Origin: Candidatus Heimdallarchaeota archaeon | GTDB taxonomy: Archaea > Asgardarchaeota > Heimdallarchaeia > JABLTI01 | Length of the DNA stretch: 50,824 nt | Direction of reading: 5' to 3' | Assembly (NCBI GenBank): GCA_019056785.1 | Contig: DXJV01000078.1 | Span: 1 to 50,824 of the forward strand | In this document: piece by piece, positions 18,866-28,579 of the stretch | Position numbering within the stretch: the stretch's first letter is position 1 | How the letters are laid out: every line of letters starts with the position of its first letter | The notes under the pieces: generated by a model | Database searches by the model: none | Told to the model about the DNA's origin: nothing | The model's input: only the letters and a program-made list of their open reading frames with translations | Translations under genes and position numbers: made by a program

Positions 18866-19671
18866 AAACACTGCAAGGTGAGAAGAAGCAGCTATCAGCT
18901 AAAATACCGGTCTCTGCAAGAGTTGTCAAAGAATCACTTAAATCGATCATCTTAGACGGTGAGAGCGAGCTTGATAGGTTTGTCTCTCATCGTCTTCTCT
19001 ATATCTTCGGTTTTTTAACGGGTTGGAACCCCCGACTGTTCTCCCTAGAGCTCTTACCTATCGGTTATTTTTTCATTTGGGCAATAGTCCTTTTTAGTTT
19101 GCGTGATTATTTTCATTATGCGTTACTTTTCCTTGCCTCGGGTGTTTTTGTGATGGCTTATTTTATCTTTTTACACACCTTCATTTCGAGCTGGGATAAG
19201 ATTAAGCGTTGGTTCATTAAACGTGCTCGTAAATGTGGCGGCGTGAAAAATATGACTTTAGATGATGTTCGCTTTCTTTTGGTCTATACTCGCAAGGTTT
19301 TTAGCGTGAAGGCGACCATTCGTGAAGAAGAAAAGGTTGCGCTGGATCCTGACCGTTTTCGGAAGCTTTTAGTGAGTAATAAACGCTGGCAGTATGCTTT
19401 AAATGCAACGATCATTTTAGAATTGTTTCTTATTTCTGGCGGCGGGATTTATGGTTTTATCCGTGATATTGAACTTATCCCCTGGCTGTCTCATTATTGG
19501 TTTCTCGTTATTCTTCTTTTTCTACCGATCATTATTGTCGCTATAGGCCTAAAAATTTCCAAATTGCGAGTGAAAATGCTCATAAATCGAGTTCCAATAG
19601 ACGATCTTGACCAAGTTCTTACTATTTTGAATGAATTTCGTTTGTTTGGTTTTAGAAAAAGACGAGATTAA
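18841..19671 (+). CDS. Membrane protein (about 4 TM)
   Basis: Two pairs of hydrophobic helices. Start uncertain. Confidence 0.65.
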   Translation: MSGSRGGLETLQGEKKQLSAKIPVSARVVKESLKSIILDGESELDRFVSHRLLYIFGFLTGWNPRLFSLELLPIGYFFIWAIVLFSLRDYFHYALLFLASGVFVMAYFIFLHTFISSWDKIKRWFIKRARKCGGVKNMTLDDVRFLLVYTRKVFSVKATIREEEKVALDPDRFRKLLVSNKRWQYALNATIILELFLISGGGIYGFIRDIELIPWLSHYWFLVILLFLPIIIVAIGLKISKLRVKMLINRVPIDDLDQVLTILNEFRLFGFRKRRD

Positions 19672-20136
19672 TTATTGTTCTTCTTTTTGCTTTTCTTGGT
19701 ACCAAGCAACTAATGCTTCAATGGAGTTTTGCATTTTCTTCTGTGCAAGTTCCATCAGTACTTTATTAATTCGAGCTCGATCTAAATTGTCGAAGAAGTT
19801 GTTTTTCCGTGGCGCTTGGAGAAATTCATAGAGTGGCAAAATTGCTCGTTCATCGCCGAAATTGCCCAAACTTATAGCCGCGCTTTTTCTTGTTTCTTCA
19901 TCTTTATCAGTGAGCATTGCTTTTGCAAGTGCTTCTTTGCTCTGTTCATCGCCGAGTCGCCCCAAAGCTAATGCGGCTCGTCGTCGCACGCTTCCTTCTT
20001 TGTCATGTTGGAGGACATGAATAAGGTGTGGAATTGCAGAAAGATCTTGTGCTAAAGCTAGTTGGTCAACTGCTTTTTCCCTGGTTTCCTTCTTTCGTGC
20101 CTTTAATTCTTCAATTAATTTTTCTACTTCCAACAT
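19672..20136 (-). CDS. HEAT (PBS lyase-like) repeat protein
   Basis: Repeated VRRRAALALGRLGD and TRKSAAISLGNFGDERAI units. Confidence 0.9.
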   Translation of the reverse strand: MLEVEKLIEELKARKKETREKAVDQLALAQDLSAIPHLIHVLQHDKEGSVRRRAALALGRLGDEQSKEALAKAMLTDKDEETRKSAAISLGNFGDERAILPLYEFLQAPRKNNFFDNLDRARINKVLMELAQKKMQNSIEALVAWYQEKQKEEQ

Positions 20137-20139
20137 CTT

Positions 20140-20907
20140 TCACCTTATCATTGGGTCCCCATGTAATGTCTCTTGTTCCATTTGATGGAACAAGCTAATG
20201 ATTATTTGGAGCATTTCGCGTGGGTCATCAATTATATAATCAGCATCAAATTCCTCTCGAGATGAAAAGCCCCATGTAACTCCAATGGTATAAAATCCAT
20301 TGCTCTTTCCTAACTCGAGGTCAAATTGTGTGTCGCCCACAAAAATGGCTTTTTTAATTCCTTTTTCTGCCACGAAATTCTTGAACACTTCTTCTTTATT
20401 TTTCTTGTTAGAAATAACTTCTTCAAAGACAGAGGGCAAGCCAAAGTGTTGAAGTATTTCTTCGCGCTTCTCTTCGTCTTGAATTTCCGTATCGTGTGTA
20501 ACAATAGCTATTTTGGTTTTCGTAAGTTTTTTTAGCCGCATAAGAACTTCTGCAATACCCGGGAAAGCTCGTACTTTTTCCCAGAATTTCTCCTTCCGAA
20601 TTGCTTCAAATTTCTTGTTTCCTCCAAAGAGGTACTTTAAAGGATTAATTTTGTATTTCCGCATGATGGCAAGTTTAGCCATTTTTGGATAATCCTTGTA
20701 AAGGCTCTTGACTTCTTCGGTTGTAAATTCTCTACCAAGGACAGCCGTATAACTTTCCGCTAATGCACGAACAGTATCGACTAGTGTGCCTGAATAATCG
20801 AAAAAGATCCATGGTGTGGTATCGATTTGTTCTTCCTCTTGCTGCTTAGCTGACTTTTCTCCTTCTTCCTCTGTTGCTATCATCTCTTCTTTTTTTAATT
20901 GGCTCAT
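20140..20907 (-). CDS. HAD-superfamily hydrolase (phosphoglycolate phosphatase-like)
   Basis: FFDYSGTLVDT motif I, FVGDTQFD motif IV, GVTWG. Confidence 0.85.
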   Translation of the reverse strand: MSQLKKEEMIATEEEGEKSAKQQEEEQIDTTPWIFFDYSGTLVDTVRALAESYTAVLGREFTTEEVKSLYKDYPKMAKLAIMRKYKINPLKYLFGGNKKFEAIRKEKFWEKVRAFPGIAEVLMRLKKLTKTKIAIVTHDTEIQDEEKREEILQHFGLPSVFEEVISNKKNKEEVFKNFVAEKGIKKAIFVGDTQFDLELGKSNGFYTIGVTWGFSSREEFDADYIIDDPREMLQIIISLFHQMEQETLHGDPMIR

Positions 20908-21069
20908 AACATTCCCAACAGTTCAATGTTCTGACTTTTTCTCATCATTTTCTAAAAATAAATCATTCGCTAGAAATGATTTTACGAAAAATTGCTTTTA
21001 GTACTCTTGTTGAGGTTTTGTATCTTTTTAAAGAAAATATCTGAGGAATTAGTTAGAAGATAAATAAAA

Positions 21070-22377
21070 ATGAGTGTGATTGATTTGCCAGTCAAGAAAA
21101 ATATTGAAACAGCTATTGAGAAATTTATTGATAAGAATATGAAAAAATATTCTCTCCCCAAAACCGCTTTAAAGGCGTTAAAAGATTTTGGGATTTTTGA
21201 CGCCCGAGTTTTGAGTGTCTTAACAGAAACCGAAATTGCTGCAATACCGGGTATTAGTGAAAAAACTGCCAGTGCACTTGTTCGAGCTGCGGACGATAAT
21301 TTCCGTGGTCCACTTTTCCAGAAAGCAGCTGACCAATCTGAACGTCTTATGGAGAAGAGAAAATATTTCACTACAGGTTCAGCAAACTTGGACGCTATTT
21401 TAGGTGGCGGCATGCCTACAAGTGCAATTGTTGAGATTAATGGAGAGTATCGGACAGGGAAAACACAAACATGTTTAACGTGTTCTGTTACTGCCCAGTT
21501 GCCTGAAAATGAAGGTGGTTTAGGTAGACCGGTCATTTATTTTGATACTGAAAATTCATTCCAAGCTGAGCATTTGCAAAAAATCGGCGAAAGATTTGGC
21601 TTTGAAAAAGATGAGATCTTGGAAAATCTCTTCATTGTTGAAGCAGAACAATTGCGTTATCTAAATCAAGCCATTGACCGTTTGCCAGGCTATGTTCAAG
21701 CCCTTGACCCTGGTTTGATAGTGATTGACTCTTTAATGGCGCCATTCCGAACCGAATTCCACGAATTAAATCTTTTAGCTGTCCGCCAGAAAAAGCTTGG
21801 GCGCCTCATTGGACTATTGAAACGTATTGCAATTGCATTTAATACCTGTGTTATTTTCACCAATCAAGTAATGGCTAACATCGGGACATATGGTGCGCAA
21901 TTCAATCCTGTTATAGCCACTGGCGGTCATGTTGTTGCTCATGCATCTGATATCCGGATAACCATGCGAAAAAAGAAGGATGACAAACGGGAAGCAAAAA
22001 TCCAGGATTGTGCTTGGCTTCCGAGCAATGCCGCAGAGTTTTATATAACAAGCAAAGGTATTTCTGATGTTGAAGAAAAGAAGAAAGATGACAAGAAAAA
22101 AGACGAAACAGAAGAAGTAGCTGGTGTTAGCCCTGTGAAGGAGGGTTTAGAGGCTGTTGCTCAATCGAAAAAAGCCAAAAAAGCAGAAAAGCTTTCATCT
22201 CCCCCTCCTGAAGAAGGAGAAGACCCCCAAGTACCATCTTCCCAGCCTGTGAAAGCTGCTACGGCTGCTTCAGAAGAAGCAAAGGTTGAACATGAAGAGA
22301 AAGCACCCATAAAAAAATCAGCCACAAAGAAAAAGGCGCCAAAAGCATCAGCAAAAAAATCAAAAGTTCCCGCTTAG
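21070..22377 (+). CDS. radA: RadA/Rad51-family recombinase with long charged C-terminal tail
   Basis: N-terminal HhH (IPGISEKTA), GEYRTGKTQ Walker A, YFDTENSF, LIVIDS Walker B, TNQV, GGHVVAHAS. Confidence 0.9.
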   Translation: MSVIDLPVKKNIETAIEKFIDKNMKKYSLPKTALKALKDFGIFDARVLSVLTETEIAAIPGISEKTASALVRAADDNFRGPLFQKAADQSERLMEKRKYFTTGSANLDAILGGGMPTSAIVEINGEYRTGKTQTCLTCSVTAQLPENEGGLGRPVIYFDTENSFQAEHLQKIGERFGFEKDEILENLFIVEAEQLRYLNQAIDRLPGYVQALDPGLIVIDSLMAPFRTEFHELNLLAVRQKKLGRLIGLLKRIAIAFNTCVIFTNQVMANIGTYGAQFNPVIATGGHVVAHASDIRITMRKKKDDKREAKIQDCAWLPSNAAEFYITSKGISDVEEKKKDDKKKDETEEVAGVSPVKEGLEAVAQSKKAKKAEKLSSPPPEEGEDPQVPSSQPVKAATAASEEAKVEHEEKAPIKKSATKKKAPKASAKKSKVPA

Positions 22378-22433
22378 AATCGCCTGCTCTCGTAAAAAAA
22401 CGTGCCATCAGTGCTAATGAGGGACTTACGTCT

Positions 22434-23741
22434 ATGTTTTCAAATCCAGTAGAACGAGGGCATTTTTTCCACGCGCGAAATGTCGCTCTCATTTCTTTTG
22501 GTGCCTTTATTTGGTCAATTTATCTCGCAGTTCAGGGCCAGTTTCTAAATGATTATTTGCTCGATTTGCAGCAATTTTCTCCTTTGATCATTTCTCTTCT
22601 TGTTAGCCTTGTTTCTTTGACCGGTGCTATTGTAAGTGTTTTTACCTCTTCACTTAGCGACCGGTTGCACCTTGCTTTTGGAAGGCGAAAACTCTTCATA
22701 ACAATTGGTGGGTCCACTTCTGCACTCCTCCTTTTACTTTTGCCATTGAATTATTCTTTACTTTTCATTTTTACATTAAATGTCTTGATGAGTGTCTTTA
22801 ATACTGCTGCCTTTGTTTGCAATAATTCCCTGATCCCTGATATTACTTCAAAAAAACGTCTTGGTCGAGTAAATGCTATTGCTTCTTTTGGCTCCTCGAT
22901 TGGCACTATTGCGGGGTTTGCATTAATGCTCCTTTCAGATTCGAGTGTTTTTTATGTTTCTGGGGCCATTTGTTTGTTTGGCTTTCTTGTCCTTGGACTC
23001 TTTTTTCAAGAGCCCGTCCCACAAGAACCTTTTACAAAGCAACCATTTCAGTGGCGTGTTCTGCTGGACTTTTCAGTTTTAAAAGAGCCCCATTATTTAC
23101 CCTATTTACTAAGTTATTTCTTTCTTCACCTGGGAATTAATTGTTATCTGCCTTTTCTTTTAATCTTTTTAACCCAACAAAACAATCCCTCGAGTGGTGA
23201 ATCAATTGGTTTGGGTCTTTCCACCCAAAACGGTGAGGTGCTTATCGTTTTTACTGTTATGACTCTTATTTCCCTGGTCAGCACCCCGCTAATTGGTCTT
23301 GCTGTTGATAAAGTGCATGCCGGTAAATTTTTGGTTCTCTCGCGGGTCTCTTTTGCAGTGACCACAGCGGTGATTACTCTTACACCCCTCCTCGGTAGAA
23401 CAAGACCTCTCCTAATTGGAACATTATTCATAATTCCATTTGGCTTAAGTAATACTGCTGATATTATTTCACGGTCTGCATTTGCTCATAAGCTTGTTCC
23501 TGAAAAAGACCGCGGCCGGCTGCTTAGTATCTTATTTTTAGCCAAAACGTTTGCTCAGATTCCCGGTGTCATTATAGGCGGTTTGGTAGCTCATTTCTTT
23601 CAACGGGGGTATCAATATTCTTTCTTGATTAGTGGGTTTTTCCTTCTTCTCTCTGTGCCCTTTCTTTTAGTAGCAAACAGATTCGCCTTCCCACAAATCG
23701 AAACGGGGCAACATGCTGCAACCCCTCCTACTGGTTGTTGA
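22434..23741 (+). CDS. MFS transporter
   Basis: 12 TM, SLSDR..FGRRK motif A, LIPD and LVPEKDRG loops. Confidence 0.88.
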   Translation: MFSNPVERGHFFHARNVALISFGAFIWSIYLAVQGQFLNDYLLDLQQFSPLIISLLVSLVSLTGAIVSVFTSSLSDRLHLAFGRRKLFITIGGSTSALLLLLLPLNYSLLFIFTLNVLMSVFNTAAFVCNNSLIPDITSKKRLGRVNAIASFGSSIGTIAGFALMLLSDSSVFYVSGAICLFGFLVLGLFFQEPVPQEPFTKQPFQWRVLLDFSVLKEPHYLPYLLSYFFLHLGINCYLPFLLIFLTQQNNPSSGESIGLGLSTQNGEVLIVFTVMTLISLVSTPLIGLAVDKVHAGKFLVLSRVSFAVTTAVITLTPLLGRTRPLLIGTLFIIPFGLSNTADIISRSAFAHKLVPEKDRGRLLSILFLAKTFAQIPGVIIGGLVAHFFQRGYQYSFLISGFFLLLSVPFLLVANRFAFPQIETGQHAATPPTGC

Positions 23742-25935
23742 AAATTGCATCGGTTAACAAGAAAGCCAATTGTTCAAATCGCTCTTTTAATGAGAGCAAC
23801 CCTAGAAATTCTGCCAAAGGAATAAGGCCGGCGATAAATTCTCTTAGGCGCATTTCGACTCGAAATAAGTCGCCTTCAAAAAGCTCATTCTTTCGCAGAA
23901 TGGCCTTAAAATCTCTTCTTAAAATAATGTGTTCGTAAATTGGTTGCAAAAATTCTCTATTGTCTCCGAAAATCTCTTCTTCTAAGTTTGGTTGTTTTTT
24001 CAAGCATTCAATAAGTAAAGAAGTAATCGTGGGTTTTTTTCGTTGAAGGGTATAAATTAGCCAGTCACGAAGCATCTCAAAACGTTCCTTTGAAACATTT
24101 AATTCTGCCATAATCGTTCCTTTTGTTGTAGTCGTCAGTCTCTTTCCAGGGATCTCTTTAAGATATCCTTCAGCTACTAATCTGTCCAGGATTGCGTAAT
24201 TTTTATAAAAAATCTTTTTCCGTAGCTCTCGGGGCATTTTTTGCATGACAAGAAAAGCGTGTTTACAAAGTATTTTACTCCCGTTACAATTACAATTAAT
24301 AATGCCACCCTTCAAAAAGAGCATAACTGTTTCTTGTCCATCTCTAAAAGTGATCCGCTGAAAATTTTCGCCTTCAAACTGATCCACAATTTGTAGATTC
24401 TCTAGTTGAAATTTTCTCTCGAGGTTTTGGAATAATTCCTCAAAAGGTTCGGGTGTCGTTTTACCTCGTAAAAGTAATTCGAAAAAGGCTCTCCCACTCT
24501 TTCCTTTTCTTTCGTTTTCTTCTCTGAAATTAAAGTAGCTCCTTCCCAAGATTTCAATCAATTCCTTAAAAGTCGGTTTACTTGTATAGATAACCCCAAT
24601 AACCATCTTCTCAAGTGTAGTAAGGGTTGTAATTTGACTTTTAACAACATCAAATTTCAGCTTGTTCTCTCGAGTCCAAAAGCGTTTAATGATTGCGTTT
24701 TTTTCCCGCTGATCTGAAGTAAAAATTGTGCATTTGCCATAATCATCATATCCTGGTCTTCCAGCTCTCCCGGCAATTTGATGGAAAATATTTCGGGACA
24801 ACCATTCATTATTCCATCGTCGTGTATCAAGGATTATCACTTCTCTTGCCGGTAAATTTACTCCTGCCCCTAGCGTTTCCGTGCAAAATAAGACCTGTAT
24901 TTTTTTTCTTTTAAACAAGTCCTCAATCGCTTTTTTTGCCTCTCTACTTAAGCCTGCATGATGAAAAGCCGTCCCTTTTTGTGCTAGTTCATAAATCAAT
25001 GCATTTCCTGGCGTTTCTTTTGGGAGTGCGAGTCTTTCCAGATAGTCTTGTATTTCTGTTCTATCAAATGTTTTACTAAATTGATAGCATTGCCTGGCGA
25101 TAAAGTCGGCGTACTCTTTGGCATTTTCCTCTGCTTTCTTTCTTGTGCCACTAAAAATCAACATTTGAGCTTGTGCTCTTACGTTTTCTCTAATTATCTT
25201 TTTTATCTCATTTTCTGGTGTGAGTGTTGTGATTATGGTATACTCGAGGGGAACAAGCCGTTTTTCGCTTAAGAGAAGTTTGGCGTGGAGCCAGCTAGCT
25301 ATTTCAGCAGGGTTAGCAATTGTTGCAGACAATAGCACTAAGCGCACTTTCCCTACCAAGTGAGTCAGGAGAGTCTCAAGTGTTTCCCCGCGTGATTTGT
25401 TTCCTAAAAGATGAAACTCGTCTACAACAACGTTTTCGACGAAGTCTAATAGTTGGGGGATTCTATTAAGAATAACTTTGAATCGTTCATATGTTGAAAT
25501 GATGATCTCGCTGTTAAGGATTTCTTCTTCATTAAAATCAACATCAGACATTGAAAGATGAACCTTTAGTTTGAATGGCTTATATGTAGTTAAAAAATCC
25601 TTAGTTTTCTCTTCAGCTAAGGCTCGTAATGGCACCAAAAAGATACTTTTTTGAGAGGGTGATTCATTGTTTTGTTTTTTGTTGGGATAGTCTCTGGTTG
25701 TGCTGTTTCCTCCTCCATCTTTTTTTCGTTCATATAAAGTACTTCTCAAAACGATCAATTCAGCTATTAGGCTTTTCCCGGCACCGCTTGGAGCAACAAT
25801 TACAAGATTTGCTTCACTTTCGATTTCTTTGAAGGCTTTTTTCTGAATGTCCGTTAACGTAGTAATTTGCTTTAGTTTCAAAATTGCTTTTATTAGTGAG
25901 GAGAAAAAATCTTCTTCTTGCTGAAGCAAAGTCAT
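23728..25935 (-). CDS. Ski2/Hel308-like SF2 helicase with inserted SWIM-type Zn finger
   Basis: APSGAGKS, VPLRALAEE, DEFH, LSAT, AFHHAGL, TETLGAGVNLPA, QIAGRAGRPG; CNC-x6-CKH near the C-terminus. Confidence 0.88.
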   Translation of the reverse strand: MTLLQQEEDFFSSLIKAILKLKQITTLTDIQKKAFKEIESEANLVIVAPSGAGKSLIAELIVLRSTLYERKKDGGGNSTTRDYPNKKQNNESPSQKSIFLVPLRALAEEKTKDFLTTYKPFKLKVHLSMSDVDFNEEEILNSEIIISTYERFKVILNRIPQLLDFVENVVVDEFHLLGNKSRGETLETLLTHLVGKVRLVLLSATIANPAEIASWLHAKLLLSEKRLVPLEYTIITTLTPENEIKKIIRENVRAQAQMLIFSGTRKKAEENAKEYADFIARQCYQFSKTFDRTEIQDYLERLALPKETPGNALIYELAQKGTAFHHAGLSREAKKAIEDLFKRKKIQVLFCTETLGAGVNLPAREVIILDTRRWNNEWLSRNIFHQIAGRAGRPGYDDYGKCTIFTSDQREKNAIIKRFWTRENKLKFDVVKSQITTLTTLEKMVIGVIYTSKPTFKELIEILGRSYFNFREENERKGKSGRAFFELLLRGKTTPEPFEELFQNLERKFQLENLQIVDQFEGENFQRITFRDGQETVMLFLKGGIINCNCNGSKILCKHAFLVMQKMPRELRKKIFYKNYAILDRLVAEGYLKEIPGKRLTTTTKGTIMAELNVSKERFEMLRDWLIYTLQRKKPTITSLLIECLKKQPNLEEEIFGDNREFLQPIYEHIILRRDFKAILRKNELFEGDLFRVEMRLREFIAGLIPLAEFLGLLSLKERFEQLAFLLTDAIFNNQ

Positions 25936-25959
25936 TTTCTTTTTCTCCTCCTCAGACTT

Positions 25960-26289
25960 TTAGCTATAATAAAGAGCTACCTTCCCCCAATTGGTACTCC
26001 AGATTTTTTGTGTTTGCTCTTTGGCTTTCTTATAATCGTTTAAAGCAAAGTCAAAAAGTCCTCGATTTAGCAGCTCCTCTGAGAAAAGCTCTTCGAGAAA
26101 TAATGTTTGAGGGATTTGGCAGTTGCTTCTCTGAAGCCGTTCTTCTAATTGTTCCTGGCTCAGTTGCTCGTTATTTATCCGGACACTTAACCACTCTTTA
26201 ATCAGTCGTTTGTTTGGCATTGAAATGAGTTTTAATTTAGTTACACCTTTTATAAGTCCTGTTTTTCCACTTTTCATTTTTTTATTCAT
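25960..26289 (-). CDS. Hypothetical protein upstream of the helicase
   Basis: 109-aa ORF with GAGG before the ATG; co-oriented, 25 bp from the helicase start. Confidence 0.5.
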   Translation of the reverse strand: MNKKMKSGKTGLIKGVTKLKLISMPNKRLIKEWLSVRINNEQLSQEQLEERLQRSNCQIPQTLFLEELFSEELLNRGLFDFALNDYKKAKEQTQKIWSTNWGKVALYYS

Positions 26290-26413
26290 CCTCAGATTGA
26301 CAGCTGCCTTCTAATTAGCATCGTTTATAAGCTGTTATTTTTGGCATTTGTCAGTCAAAAGTACATCCCCAATTTTTCTTTAAAAAGAAATAAATGCCTT
26401 CCAGGATTATCTT

Positions 26414-26974
26414 TTATCTTTTTCTTACTTTTTGCACAATTATCAGTAAACTAAAACCTAGAATGATCGTAAATAAACCCGTAACAGTAAGGGGCCTCCA
26501 AGCAATGTTGGTTGTTATTGGAATAGTCTCTGACCCCACTACAAATGGATACCCCAGTTTTAACCATTCGTTAAACCCTTTCTCTATGTTTGAAACATTT
26601 GTATAGCCATAGCTCAATAACTTTTCCGCAGCCGTTTGTGAGCGGAAGCCATTGTCACAATAAACAATTATCCCTCTACTGCTTTCTTCAGGGAAAACCG
26701 GCAATAAAGAATGGTTCGACACCAGGTAATAGACATTAATATTTACTGCACCCATAATGTGTCCTTTATAAAATTCTACACTTGAGCGAACATCCAGAAG
26801 AAAAATAGTCGGGTCCGTTTCAAGTCGTCTCTTAGCTTCGTAACAGCTAATATTCTCATAAGCGTCATCAGCTCCCCGCAGCTGTTGCATTGTTGGTGTT
26901 GCAACAATTGTTATAAGTACCAAAGCCACTATCCACGGGGTTATCAGTTGCTTATTAGCGGGCATTTTCATCAA
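26414..26974 (-). CDS. Exported, membrane-anchored rhodanese-domain protein
   Basis: Signal peptide, LLDVR..EFYKGHI.GA, IVYCDNGFRS active loop, GFNEW, C-terminal TM. Confidence 0.88.
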   Translation of the reverse strand: MMKMPANKQLITPWIVALVLITIVATPTMQQLRGADDAYENISCYEAKRRLETDPTIFLLDVRSSVEFYKGHIMGAVNINVYYLVSNHSLLPVFPEESSRGIIVYCDNGFRSQTAAEKLLSYGYTNVSNIEKGFNEWLKLGYPFVVGSETIPITTNIAWRPLTVTGLFTIILGFSLLIIVQKVRKR

Positions 26975-27107
26975 TATTCTCGCATTTTTTTATTAGGTAG
27001 AATTATTAATTTGCCTTTAATTTTTAATAGATTTTTGCAATTTAAAATATATTATTAAAACAACAAAATTATTAACTTGTGTAATTATCTTTGCAGTGTG
27101 AAATATT

Positions 27108-27554
27108 ATGTCCTATACAATCCATTCTTTAGTAGAAGCTATCATGGTTCCTCCTGCAATGGTTGAAGAGAACGATGGCATCACTGTTGTTGCCAAGGTT
27201 CTTTTGCAGACCAATAAAGGGTGTGTGTTCGTTACAAGCATTGGCGAAGTTGTTGGAATCATCACCGAACGCGATATTTTGCGTGTCATTCTTCGAGAGG
27301 GCGGCATGCTCACCCCTGAACTCAAAGCAAAAGACTTCATGGTTCAACCTGTAATTACTATTCCTAAAACTGCTACCTTAGCCCAAGCTGATGATCTCAT
27401 GGCTCAAACAAATGTTAATCGCCTAGCTGTTGTTGATGAGGAGGATTCTCTCATAGTTGTTGGTTTGATAGATGCTGAAATGATCCGAACTTCCATAAAG
27501 ACTGAATTGTTGAAAAATTTAAAGAAACGACAAAAATACTTCGACGAGAAATAA
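27108..27554 (+). CDS. CBS-pair domain protein
   Basis: VVGIITERDI and RLAVVD..VVGLI CBS motifs. Confidence 0.9.
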   Translation: MSYTIHSLVEAIMVPPAMVEENDGITVVAKVLLQTNKGCVFVTSIGEVVGIITERDILRVILREGGMLTPELKAKDFMVQPVITIPKTATLAQADDLMAQTNVNRLAVVDEEDSLIVVGLIDAEMIRTSIKTELLKNLKKRQKYFDEK

Positions 27555-27569
27555 GTATCGTCCGTTTCT

Positions 27570-28508
27570 TCACCCTTCTTTTTCTTTTAAATAATCCCGC
27601 AGGTAATATTCACATTTATCCGTGAATTGGCAGAATTTACATATCCATTTTTGTGGGCTTCGATTTGGTTCCCGCTTTCCCTCCCAGTAGCCCATCGCCC
27701 ACTCCATATCAGTTTCGAAGCTCTCTTCGTGAAAAAAGGTTCGTTCAACATAGACAATAGTTCGATCCTTTTGGTGTAAGTAGATCGCCTGAAGTTCATC
27801 AGAAAGTTTAGGAAGTTGTTTTAATAGTTTAAAGTTTTCTTTCAGCAATTCTTCTGGTGTTTTTTCTGTCAATAATTCTGTCAGGTTTTCCGGGAGTTGC
27901 TTTAGCAATTCTGTTGAGGGTTTGAGTTTTTCTTTAATTCCCAAGAATTCTTTAAACATTTCTCTCGTGAATTTTCCTGTCAATAAATTATGCAATGTGT
28001 ACCAATAAACTTGTAGCTGGATATTATTTCGTCGTTTTTGTTCGTAGGATGGTGCGCGTTTTGACTTTCTGGTCTTATAGTCTGTGATTAGCAATCGCTT
28101 TTCATTTCCAACTTCAATTATTTCCAGCTGATCTATTATACCAATTACCGGAAAACCTGATAAAACGCCTAAAACAGGCAGCTCTCGAGTTAGTCCATGA
28201 TCCTTTAGCATTTTTAATTTCAAATATTGCTGTAAAATAAAGGTTATAAGCTCGTCATCTCTGGTTTCCACCGAAACTTCGACGACAGGTCCTAATTCTT
28301 CCTCGAGTGACCGGTGGATATCTGCGCCGGCAATCATTACTTCTGTTGGTTCCATTCCCAAAAGAAGTCTGAAGTGAAGCTGCATTTCGCACCAAAATTG
28401 ATCGGCGATTTTGGTAGGTGATAGGTTTCTCACCTTAGGCGCGTGATTGGTTTCGGGGGTTTGTTCTTCTTTCGTTGTCTCTTCTTTTTTAAATTCTTTT
28501 TTAGTCAT
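27570..28508 (-). CDS. Exonuclease V (Exo5/Dem1)-like Fe-S PD-(D/E)xK nuclease
   Basis: LSPTKI..QFWCEMQ, M.AG.DIH..LE, REL.V.G, GIIDQL, ITDYKTR, QLQVY, C-terminal CKFCQFTDKC (1+3 Cys staple). Confidence 0.8.
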   Translation of the reverse strand: MTKKEFKKEETTKEEQTPETNHAPKVRNLSPTKIADQFWCEMQLHFRLLLGMEPTEVMIAGADIHRSLEEELGPVVEVSVETRDDELITFILQQYLKLKMLKDHGLTRELPVLGVLSGFPVIGIIDQLEIIEVGNEKRLLITDYKTRKSKRAPSYEQKRRNNIQLQVYWYTLHNLLTGKFTREMFKEFLGIKEKLKPSTELLKQLPENLTELLTEKTPEELLKENFKLLKQLPKLSDELQAIYLHQKDRTIVYVERTFFHEESFETDMEWAMGYWEGKREPNRSPQKWICKFCQFTDKCEYYLRDYLKEKEG

Positions 28509-28579
28509 TGCTGTGCTTCCGGCTTGTCAACCATAATTGCTACTTACCTTTCCCTCTTAATTAAAAAACTTTCATTTTA

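Noticed and set aside
27570-28508. Cas4 / CRISPR locus
   Set aside because: No repeat-spacer array or other cas genes were seen, and the motifs fit Exo5 better.
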